Source of the DNA: Hydrolagus colliei | Taxonomy: Eukaryota | Reading direction: 5' to 3' | Length of the DNA stretch: 64,000 nt | Assembly: GCA_035084275.1 (NCBI GenBank) | Contig: CM068757.1 | Span: 9,734,001-9,798,000, forward strand | Shown here: positions 21,592-32,900 of the stretch, one piece after another | How the letters are laid out: each line of letters begins with the position of its first letter | Numbering within the stretch: position 1 is the stretch's first letter | The notes under the pieces: model-generated | The model's database searches: none | Told to the model about the DNA's origin: nothing | What the model saw: the letters and a program-made list of their open reading frames with translations, nothing else | Translations under genes and position numbers: made by a program

Positions 21592-24500
21592 ATGTTGAGG
21601 GGGACAAACTCGGCTATAATGTCCTCACCCGGTGGAGCTGCCAGGGCGCTGACCCTCGTCCTGATCCTCGGGGCTTGGATTGCAGGATCAGGTACAGAAA
21701 ATGCGCAAACGTTAGACTGATTTGCTGCTGGATCCCACCGCTGAGCGAGACACAGAGACACACCGCTAACTGGAGGCTGCCCTGGGGGGGGGGGGGGGGG
21801 GAGCACAGCCGGAAGGGTCTGTGTTTGGGGTTTAGCTGATAAACAGCGAGCGGTGGAAGCAGAGAAGCCAGAGAAGCGTCAGGGTATTTTGGGGTTGGTA
21901 CATCTGGCGGCCCGCGGGCCAATGTCACTCCTCTACCCCCACCCTCCCCCTCATTTCCCTGTCGCCCTCCCCCCCCCACCCCTCCCTCCCTATCCCAGGA
22001 ACGTGATGTTTCTGGAAGCCAAACACTAAATTGTTGCTTGTGTGGCCCGCAGACGTTTCCCAAATGAGGGCATCTTGTCCTCCTCAGCATTAAACAACAA
22101 CAACAACTTCGATTTATACAGCGCCCTCCACGCCAGACGGCGTCTCAGAGCGCCTTAAAGGGGTATTCACCATGAAGGAACTTTGGTGGGGGCTGAACGC
22201 AAAGGGTCGCCCTTATCCCACCCTGCAGAAAACATTAACAACTCATCTCCGCAGACTTAACTAACGCTTCGTGTTTTCGTTTCCAACCCGAGGATGATTG
22301 AAAGAATACGAAAGCAGGTTATAATAGATAATGCAACACGCAGCGTCCTTAAAAGTTATCTGCAATCTTTTGTGGAACATGCCTTGAACGGTGTCTTCTT
22401 GGTGACTCCTGAGAAAAAATTGCCATTTTACTACAAGGGAATGACAATTTGCTGCTGGGGAATTTTTGAAATGGCTGCTGGGAAAATCCCCAGCACTTTA
22501 TATGTTAAAAGTTTAACAGTTAAACCAACGCCCTGCTGTGCGCTGGCGGTGAGGACTTTAACTCGGTGTTGCACAACTCTCCACAGTCAGCGCAAATTGC
22601 ATTGTTGTGATGTATTGCATACAATATCAAGTTGTAGTGAAGCAGATACATTGGAAAGATTGAGGAGCCTCAGTCATGGAAACCCAATCTTGTGACTGGC
22701 TGCCTCGCCAGCCTGAGAGAAGCCGTCGCTTCCTCCACTGCTGCCTAGTGGCGGTGTTTAGGTATGGAATCAACAGTGTAACACCATTGGAATACATTAT
22801 CCTCGCATTTCATTTAATGCCTTATCAAGATGTCTCCAGCTTTTCGCGCTCGCGTTGTTACAGAGTCGCCTAAGATTAAGATGCCGTTTGTTCCTTCGAA
22901 CTGTGCTTTTGGTCATCAACACAATTCTGCAAAAAGGCAACGCAACATTTGTTCCAGTTGGATTTCAGGAGCTTCATATGTACAACAAAACGACAACAAA
23001 ATGACACTTGTAGAGCTCCTTTCACATCAGGGGGATGTCCCAAGGCGCTGACTTTGTATGAGACTTTGTAAAGGATTGTGTACAGTATAAGTAAATCCAG
23101 ATCAATGCGTTCAGATAAATAAATGCAACAGGATTCCGGGTTACGAGTAAAGGAGCACAATTTCACTTGAGACTAGATAGAAGTTTTTATTTAACGCAGA
23201 TTATAATCGATGACTGAATTGGGTTACCAGGTAGGGTGATGGGTGAGGTAAGAATAATTGGCTCATTTAAAAAAATTAAGTGCCGGGAGGGTGGGAAGAT
23301 AGTTGTATTGGAGGGTTGAAATTAGCCGAAGGGTCCTCTTCTTCATCCAAACCTCTCTTGTGATTTAAGATTATGACTTATTGTAATTTAAGATTAAGTT
23401 ATAAAAGTACGTTTATCATCTCCACAGCTCAGCCAAATGTCAGCTTGTCTCCACAACACATCGTTATCACCAATGGCTCGGCGGGCTTTCTGAGATGTAA
23501 AGCAACTGGAAATGTTCCTCAGGATACCGTAATCAAATGGATCAAGGTATCAGGTGATGGGGAGACAGAGATTAATTCCTCAGATTTCGGCACTGCGTTT
23601 ATAGATGCCAACAGTGTTTCCAGCCAGTTGAGGATCAGACCAACCATGGACGATGATGGCAATAAGTACAGGTGTGTCGTGACATACACCCCATCCAATA
23701 CTGTTATTGCACAAGAGGCAAAGCTGACTGTGGAGGAACCCACTCTACCATGGCCAATTATTGGAGGTGTCATTGGTGGAGTATCGTTGATAGTGTTGAT
23801 TATATTAGTACCTTGCATCTGCTGCCGCCGGAAACAAACTGAAGAATTTAAGAAAGAAAGAGGTAAGATTTGGTTATTCGATTATAAATGGTGTGGTAAT
23901 ATCTCTTGCCTTAAACAATCAGTAGATGAAATGTCCATATGAAGGCAAAAGGGGGCCGAAAATGTTTTGGTTTCCAACTGGGTTCCTTCCAATGGAAACT
24001 GAGCAAGGATGAACTCCTTCCAGTAACCAAACGGTGTCTTCTAGGATCTGCTGACAGGTAGGCGTCCTGTGAATCAGAGTGACTTTATGCAGATGTATTA
24101 TCTGTGAGAAACACTGAAACAGATTAAAGATTCTATGTATGGGTATTGTCTGTGTTACCAATGGATGATGTTATGCAGATAAGAAATAGTTGAGGCCAAA
24201 GGATGGGATGTGATGTAAAAGGCGCTATACAAATGTAATTTTGTTGTAGTTGTTACAGCAATTGCCTCAGTGAACACCAGCGAGGACTAAACAGAAATGG
24301 GATGAAAAGCTGTTGGGAGAAATTTAGTGTAGATATTTGACTGGGACTATTACAGTTGGGAACCTTAGTGATATACCCCACACCAGAGTCTGTTGATGAA
24401 TATGAGGTGCAGTCAACTTTCTCATTACTATTTACTGTACTACTATGAGTGATTGCGTGGACCTCCTTAACTTGTTTCCCAGCACAAACCTGTGCTGCAA

Positions 24501-27500
24501 GTCACCTAACATCAGACAATAGGGACCTGATATTCCTTCTCCTGTTTCACACATGTGACAAGTGAAAGAAATTGACCCAACATGGACAACATATATATGA
24601 GGGGATCAATGCTGTATTAGGCTTTCACTGAACACATTCTGCACCATAATGCAGCTATATAATAATAATCATCCTTGCATTTGATGTAGCACCTTATCAC
24701 GTCTTTGAGTCGTCTCAAAGCGCTTCCCATAATATACTGTAAAGTGAATTGACTGTATAGTGTGACACTGGCAAAACTCGGCAGCAAATTGCGCAACAAA
24801 TTATTATTCTTTTGAAGGGATTATTACCTCTGGAAAAGTGACCCACCAATCGACTAACAACTGTGTTCCTACTTATTGATGGGTGAACAATGGGTGTGGG
24901 GTAATGGATCTTGCCACACGTGTGCAGCTGGAAAACGGGGTTGAAGTTGCGATATTTCTTAATGGAATTTCCTAGTACGAAATCAATATGGCCAAATGGG
25001 ATTTCCTTCCAAGACCCTTGATGTCTGTCACACCAAACCAGAGGAATGCTCCAATATGGAGTTATTCCAGGGTAGAGTTATCACAGGTCAATTGGAATTC
25101 TAATGGAACCCCTTAAGGTACACCACAAATTAGAAACTAATATCGCACGTGAGAGATGTAAAATGAAATGTGCGATTTTGTTCTAATTCCCTTATAGGTT
25201 CTCCTCAGATCAATCTATTGACTAAACAAGACCAGTTTAAGGATGGTGTGGCGTCTCGTATAAAATGGGAAGTTACTGGGTTCACTCCCCGGAACATATC
25301 CATTGCTTTATTATTGAGAAGAAAAGGAGAAGAATTTCAGAAATTATATGATTGGAATTTGATAAATAATGAAAACCTAGAGAATGGCGAGAAAGGTCTT
25401 CTCTTAAACTCGTCAAGTGTACAGGATTGGAATAAGAAAGAAGACTCCATTACTGCTGAAATCTCCAATTGCATTCAGTTGAAGGATGGCACGTTCAACG
25501 TGAAGTGCACGATAACAGTCCGTCCTGATGCACCCAGGGATGACGGAGCTGAAGTCTCACTGGAAGTTCACCATGATACCCTTAAGACGCCGCTCACTTC
25601 ATCATTTAAGTTAGTCATTGAAAGAGGTAAGGATTATGATCTGCATTCCTCTCTCACCAAACAAAAAACCACATGTGGAAACATAGAATCATAGAAATTT
25701 CACAAAAGGGACAAATACTGGTTATCTAATTCCACAGTATATTTGACCCAGATTGTCCATGGTGTAGGTTTGGGATCCTCAGAGTGTTCTTGAGATCTTT
25801 GAGATAAATTCTACAGATTAACTTGCTATTCGGAGCACTGACTCTCAGCTAGTTGTGATGGTACAGTATTGACATGTCCTAATGCCAACTCCCAAATGGG
25901 CTCTGTTGTATTATCTGTGAAAACCATTTGCCCTTCAGTTACCCAAATACACTTTCTGAGGTCCCATTTGGTTGAAGTGCTGCAGTGGACTTCATAATTT
26001 GCATTTATTGCGGCTTGGTATATTGCCATCTGTGGTGTAGATATACGACAAGGACTAATAGAGTTGGGAACCTCAGTGATATACTCTACACCAGGGTCTG
26101 TTGATGAACATGAGATGCAGTCAACTTTCTGATTACTATTAATCACTGTGAGCGATTGTGTGGAACTCCTTAACCTGTTTCCCAGATGTGACAAGTGTCT
26201 GAATGAAATTGATCCAAGATGGATTTTATTGTCCATAAACACAGAATTGTATATGAGGGGATGACTGCTGTATTAGTCTTTCACTAAACAAATTCTGCCC
26301 CCTAATGCAGCTATATAATAATAATCATACTTGCATTTGATGTAACACATTTTCACTCCTGTGAAGCGCTTTGAAACGTCTAGAAGATGTGAAAAGCGCA
26401 ATATCAAATGCAAGGATTATTATTATTATCTCAAAGTGCCCAACAGAATATACTGTAAAGTGGATTGACTCAATAGTGTGACACTGGTGAAATGTGGCAG
26501 CCAACACAACAACAAAATTGCACTTATATAGCGCCTTTCATGTCGGGAGGATGTCCCAAAGCACTGAAATAGTGCACCAAATTTTTTTTTTTGGTAGAGA
26601 TTATTACCTCTGGAAAAGTGATCTGCTGATCGATTGACATCTGTGTTCCTACTTGCTGCTGGGGGAATAGTGAGTGTGGAGTAAGGGAACGTGCCCAATG
26701 TGTGCAGCTGGAACACTGGGTAGAATTTGTGATATTTCTCAATGGAATTTCCTGGTAAGATATCAATGATGGCCAAATGGGGTTTCGTTCCACGAGCCTT
26801 GATGTCTGTCACATCAAACCAGAGGAATACTCCAAAACGGGCTTATTCCGGGGTAGAGTTATCACAGGTCATTTGGAATTCTAATAGAATCCCTTAAGGT
26901 ACGCCACAAGTTAGAACCCAATATTGCACTTGAGAGTCTTGAAATGTCTGATTTTATTCAAATTCCTTTGTAGTTTCTCCTCAGATCAATATATTGACCA
27001 AACCCGACCACGTTAAGGATTGTGTGGCGTCTCACATAGCTTGGGAAGTTACTGGGTTCACCCCCCGGAACATAGCCATAGCTTTGTTTGTGAGGAGAAA
27101 AGGAGAAGAATCACAGAAATTATATGATTGGAATTTGATAAATAATGAAGACCCACTAAAGAATGGCGAGAAAGATCTTCTCTTAAACTCGTCATGTGTA
27201 CAGGATGGGAATAAGAAAGAAGACTCCATTACTGCTGAAATCTCCAACTGGATTCAGTTGGAGGATGGGACATTCAGCGTGAAGTGCATGATAACAGTTT
27301 GTCCTGATGCATCCAGGGATGACGGAGCTGAGGTCTCACTGGAAGTTCACCATGAGACCCTTAAGACGCCGCTCACTTCATCATTTAAGTTAATCATTAA
27401 AAGAGGTAAGGATTGTGTTCTGCATCCCTCTCCCACCAAACAAAACCCACATGTGGAAACATAGAATCATAGAAATTACACCAAAGAGACAAACAGAATA

Positions 27501-30500
27501 TTTGACCCAGATTTTCCAGAGTGTAGGTTTGGGATCCTCAGAGTGTTCTTTGAGATAAATCCTACAGATTAACTTGCTATTCAGAGCACTGTCTCTCAGG
27601 TAGTTGTGGTGGTACAGTATTGACATGTCCTGATGCCAAATCCCAAATGTGTGTGGGGTAAAGGATCTTGCCACACGTGTGCAGCTGGAAAACGGGGTTG
27701 AAGTTGCGATATATCTCAATGGAATTTCCTAGTACAAAATCAGTGATGGCCAAATGGGGTTTCCTTCCACGACCCTTGATGTCTGTCACACCAAACCAGA
27801 GGAATGCTCCAATATGGAGTTATTCCAGGGTAGAGTTATCACAGGTCAATTGGAATTCTAATCAAACCCCTTAAGGTATGTGACAAATTAGAACCCAATA
27901 TCTCGCGTCAGAGACTTAAAATGAAATGTCTGATATTATTCTAATTCCTTTTTAGTTTCTCCTCTGATCAATTTATTGACCAAATCCAACCACGTTAAGC
28001 ATGGTGTGGCGTCTCATATAGCCTGGGAAGTTACTGGGTTCACCCCCCGGAACATAGCCATTGCTTTGTCCGTGAAGAGAAAGCAAAAAGAATCACAGAA
28101 AATATATCATTGGAATTTGAAAAATAATGAAGACCTACTCTTAAACTCGTCTTGTGTACAAGATGGGAATAAGAAAGAAGATTCCATTACTGCTGAAATC
28201 TCCAACCGCGTTCAGTTGGAGGATGGGATGTTCAGCGTGAAGTGCACGATAACAGTCTGTCCTGATGCATCTGAGGATGACGGAGCTGAAGTCACACTAG
28301 ACGTTTACCAAGAGACCATTAAGAAGAGGATGAATTCAGTGGTGAAGTTAGTCGTTGAAGGAGGTAAGGATTGCGCTCTGCATCCGACTCCCATGCAGTA
28401 ACATAAAACCATAGAAATTACACCACAGGGACACACACTATGTATCTAATTTCAGAGAATATTGAGCACAGATTGTCCAGAGCGTAGGTTTGGGATCTTC
28501 ATAGTGTTCGTTGGGTTAACTCCTACAAATGAACTTGCTATTCGGAGCACTGTCTCTCAGGCAGTTGTGATGGTACAGTATTGCCATGTCCTGATGCCAA
28601 AGCCCAAATGGGCTCTATTGGATTGACAATCAGTATTATCTGAGAAGACCATTTGCCAGTAGTTACCCAAATGCACATTCTGGAGCCCCTTTTGGTTGAA
28701 GTACTGCTGTGGAGTATGTAATTTGCATCTGTCTCAGCTTGGTATATTACCATCAAGTCTCTAGGAATTCTATAGTGCGCTCCTTTGGGTTCATTATTAC
28801 CAGGCTTACCTTGTGATGTCTGTTTTATAGTTCCTCCTGCAGTGACTGAAATTGACATGTGGCCCGAGGTTAAACATAGTGAAGTGGCCAGTCTGAGTTG
28901 GTCAGTCATCGGGTTTGCTCCAAAGCCCATTTCCATTATTTTCTTTCTGAAGAGGAAAGCGGATCAGAAAACAAAGAAGCTGTTTCACTGGCAGATCTCA
29001 GAAAAGGGAGGAATAGATGATGAACCAAAGATGGGGAGCACTGCTCTCAAAGATGTAAGGGAGCAATGTGAGGAAGATGATATCATCACTGCTGTGACAC
29101 CCCACTGTGTGAGGAAGAACGATGGAACGTTCTGTGTAAACTGCAGCATTTGGATGACTGCTGATATGTGCAGGGATGATGGAGCTGAATTAATCATCGA
29201 AGTCTTTCACAAAGCTCTTGAGATCCCTCTCAAGACATGTATGACATTACACGTTACAGGAGGTAAGAGCTGCATTCATGTATGTGTGTTGACGTGTATT
29301 CTGAAGAGTATAGTTTGCACAGTAAAACCTCGATAATCCAGCATTCCGAAAGCCGGCAGTTCCCTAAAACCAGCAAGATTTCAAAATATGTGCAGTATTA
29401 GATTCATTTCCGATGTCGGCAAATCTCCTGAAGTTTAGAGCAGCAGCTTGGAGTCACGGTGTCGCCACTCTGTCAACCGGCGCTGTGGATGGAGCTCGGG
29501 GCATTGTTTTCTTTCAGTGCTATGTTTACAGCACACGTGGTATCTGTGGCGACTCATTCCCAGCCATTACTAGGTAGGTTTCTAAATACCGACAAACTCC
29601 AAAATCTGGGAAGTGCATGGGCCCAACTCTGCTGGTTTAGCGAACATATGCACATAATGAGTGACCATATCATTATTTTCGATAAAAAAAATTTGAAGGG
29701 ATTATTATCCTTGGATAAGCGATCGACTAATTGACTAGTCGGGTTCCTGCTTACCGCTACAGAGCCGTGTGAAGTGAGGAAACTTGCGAAATGTTTTGCC
29801 CTGCCCAGGAATCGAAATAGGGTCCCCTTGAGACAAGATGAGTTTGAGATTACTTTGACGTTTGGGGTTAGCAATTGCCTGGTTGAGCCACAAATAAGGA
29901 GACACCAATAATGTTTTCCACATAAAGACCGATAAAGAACATGCAGAATGAGATGATTTATTTTCAAATGTGCTTGTATCACAAAGTGACATGTTACAGA
30001 ATGACAGCACAGTGTCCATTTAACACGCTTATTTCTGTTTTCTAGTTCCTCCCACAATCACTGAAATCAAGAAACCCCCTGAGATCACTCCCGGGGAGTT
30101 GGCCAGCCTGAGCTGGGCAATTGTTGGCTTCAGTCCACAGGCCATCAACATTGTTACCTTTGTGAAGAGGAAAGGGGAGAAGGTGAAAAAGAAAGTCTGT
30201 CATTGGCGGATCCCAAAGAAAGACAAGGAATCTCAGGAAGCTAAGACAGCCAGTGTTCCCCTCGACAATGTCGCAGAAGGTTGTGAGGAAGATGGCTCCT
30301 TCACTGCCGTGACGCCCCACTATGTGCAGAAGAATAATGGGACGTTCAGTGTAAACTGCAGTGTTTGGTTGTGTGCTGACGCATCTCAGGATGATGGAGC
30401 TGAATTAATGGTTGAAGTTTACCATGAGGCCCTCAAAGAGCCTCTCATTAAGTCTAAAACATTACATGTTACAGGTAAGTTCTGCCTCTGAACGGTGTCC

Positions 30501-31455
30501 TCACCATCTCTCATGCATCGCTCCAGTGTTTACCTTATGATTCTAACAGGATTGATGGATATGCTGAATGTGAAGATGCCCCTGTATTGTCATTGCAGGC
30601 AGAATGTCAGTGATGGCTTCCCATTATTATTTCTGCGTCTTCATATCTTTCGCTATTCTATTATGCAGAAACTTACTGATAAATATACTGATGGACAGAT
30701 GGACTGACCGACATGCACGCACGCACGCACCTACGCATGCATGCACTCATGCACCTCTCTCGGTTGCTTACACATCCACTCACTCTCTATGAATATCTGA
30801 CACTCACTATCTCTAACTCACTATCTCAATAAAATAACTTGCATTTATATAGCAGTCTTCATGCAAGGTAGTGTTCCAGAGTGTTTAATCCGTGTCTTGT
30901 ACACTCATATACAATCACACATATGCATACCCTCTATTGTTCACTCATTCCCTCTCTCCAACTCACACACTCTTTTACCCGCTTGTTCCATTCCTCACAT
31001 ACACACATACTCACACACCGACATACATCCTGTCATACATGGACATCAGGATTTAACATTCAGAAACCCGACAACTTATTCAGTGTATTTGTTAAATAAT
31101 AATAGTAATAATGCTTGCATTTGATATAGTGTCTTATCACTTTGTTGAGACATTGCAAAGCACATCACAGAATATATGAAACGTTGATTGTCCAGCGCGT
31201 TAGGACGTCCTCTTTACGTGAAAGATGCTGTACAAGTGTAAGTTTGATTGTTGATATTGTAAAGTGAATTGACTATACATTTTGTGTGTGAAACACGGCA
31301 GCCCACTTGTGCACAGCAGTATTCCACAAACAGCGATAAAATTATTTTTCTCATAATGTGAAACAGAAGTTGGTGAGATCTGTTTGTGGATTGCACTATG
31401 TTGTTTAGGTGATTAATATATTCAAATTTTCTTTGGTTTAGATGGTGGAAATTAA
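21592..31455 (+). CDS. Gene 2: V-less paralog, leader-C1-TM plus 5 predicted cytoplasmic Cys-less C1-like domains, ~892 aa
   Basis: Exons 21592-21691, 23428-23862, 25198-25626, 26974-27405, 27956-28363, 28831-29262, 30046-30474, 31442-31455. All GT-AG, phase 1; total 2679 nt, open. Confidence 0.8.
23428..23862 (+). CDS. Gene 2 IgC1 plus TM exon
   Basis: AQPNVSLSP...LRCKATG...IKW...DDDGNKYRCVV, then WPIIGGVIGGVSLIVLIILVPCICC-RRK; 435 nt. Confidence 0.88.
25198..25626 (+). CDS. Gene 2 post-TM C1-like domain 1
   Basis: IKWEVTGFTP...LYDW...TFNVKCTI...DDGAEVSLEVHH; 429 nt. Confidence 0.85.
26974..27405 (+). CDS. Gene 2 post-TM C1-like domain 2
   Basis: IAWEVTGFTP...TFSVKCMI...DDGAEVSLEVHH; 432 nt. 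Confidence 0.85.
27956..28363 (+). CDS. Gene 2 post-TM C1-like domain 3
   Basis: IAWEVTGFTP...MFSVKCTI...DDGAEVTLDVYQ; 408 nt. Confidence 0.85.
28831..29262 (+). CDS. Gene 2 post-TM C1-like domain 4
   Basis: LSWSVIGFAP...LFHW...TFCVNCSI...DDGAELIIEVFH; 432 nt. Confidence 0.85.
30046..30474 (+). CDS. Gene 2 post-TM C1-like domain 5
   Basis: LSWAIVGFSP...TFSVNCSV...DDGAELMVEVYH; 429 nt. Confidence 0.85.
31442..31455 (+). CDS. Gene 2 terminal coding exon (D)GGN*
   Basis: Acceptor tttag|AT homologous to genes 0 and 1; followed by the shared ggctttcgattctgacaaccacaac UTR motif. Confidence 0.6.
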
Positions 31456-32494
31456 GTTTGAGTCTTCGAGCCGCCAAGCAGATGATGATGTTTGAGGAGA
31501 ACGTATTTGCGAGTCTCTGCTCTGTACGACACATCCACAGAGTATTCGCAACAGCCACAGTCATCATCAAGGCTTTCGATTCTGACAACCACAACATTGA
31601 TCAGCTTTTGTCAGTTGGTGATCAGTGATTAGCGCTGTGTCATCTTTCTAGAATTATAGAGAATATGCTGTGACGATTTTGACACATGACATTTTTCTAC
31701 AATAATCAACAATAGATGTGTTTTTTCAGATGTTATTATCACAAGTATATTTTGGGGTGCTTGATAACAACAACAAAATTACAATCGTATGCTGCCTTTC
31801 AATATTGCTTGGCTCATGGGAATTTGATTATTCTACTTGTTAAGTAGAATGCCGGGATACCTAATGAGTCTAATAAAAATAACAGCTAATGTACTGAATC
31901 TTGTTGAAACTAATGGTATAAAATCTAACAAATTTTGAGACATGAAAAACATTGTTTTGTGATTGATTGAGATGTTCAGGAGGTAGAAAGATAGCTACTT
32001 GGGAAGTAAACTGTTGAGAGTGGAGTCTGTGGAATCTTGTAACTCAGTGGTTAGAGCACTTGTCTCTCAGGCAAGAAACCAGGGTTTGATTACCAGCAGG
32101 GCAAAATCTTGAGCAAGTTTCCTTACTCCACATGCCTGATAATAATGTTGTACCTTAAGAATAAAAACAATAATAAATTGAAATTTGTGCAAGACTTTTT
32201 CAATATAGATATTTCAGATGGCTGCCAATATTTCCCTCCTATCTTTATACTTCTCCACCAATTATTTACCATTCCTCCTATGTAGTTATCACAATAATAA
32301 CAATTTACCTTTACATTACACCTTGGGAGAATGTCTCAAGGCACTTCACACAAACAATTGGAAGCTCAAATGGGAGAAGTTGAGGAGGAGGTGAGGGTGC
32401 AGTAGTTGAGGAGGATGGGGAATCAGACCGGGACAATGAAGCAGGCTGTTGCCAGAGCCCGCTGAATGGAGGGGACGGACAGGCTAATAGGGAG

Positions 32495-32900
32495 ACAGCA
32501 ACAACAACAACAACTTAGATTTGCATAGCGCCTTCCACGTTGGATGGCTTCTCAGAGCGCTTCTGAGATCGGAAAGATAGGCGGGGGCAAGACCGTGAAT
32601 GGCCTTGAAAGTGAGGATGAGGATATTGAATTCGATCCACTTGGGGATGGGGAACCAGTGGAGACGGGGGAGGGTGGGAGTGATGTGGTCACGGAGCCTA
32701 GTGCAGGAGAGTACACGAGCTGCAGAGTTCTGAATAATCTGCAGCTTGCGAATGGAGGAGTTGGGAAGGCCGACGAGGAGAGAGTTCCCGTAGTCAAACT
32801 TTGATGTGATGAATGCATGGACGAGTGTTTCGGCAGCATGAGGCATGGGGGGTGAGGAGATCTCAGGTTCCACCTCAAAATATTCCCTAACTGTTGTGTT
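32495..32900 (-). mobile_element. L2 LINE 3' fragment
   Basis: AAETLVHAFITSKFDYGNSLLVGLP...LHWFPI...KAIHGLAPAYLSDL; (CAA)n tail near 32500. Confidence 0.85.

Noticed and set aside
21780-21995. G-run and C-run tracts in gene 2 intron 1
   Set aside because: G-quadruplex potential exists, but homopolymer length is error-prone and no specific function is supported.
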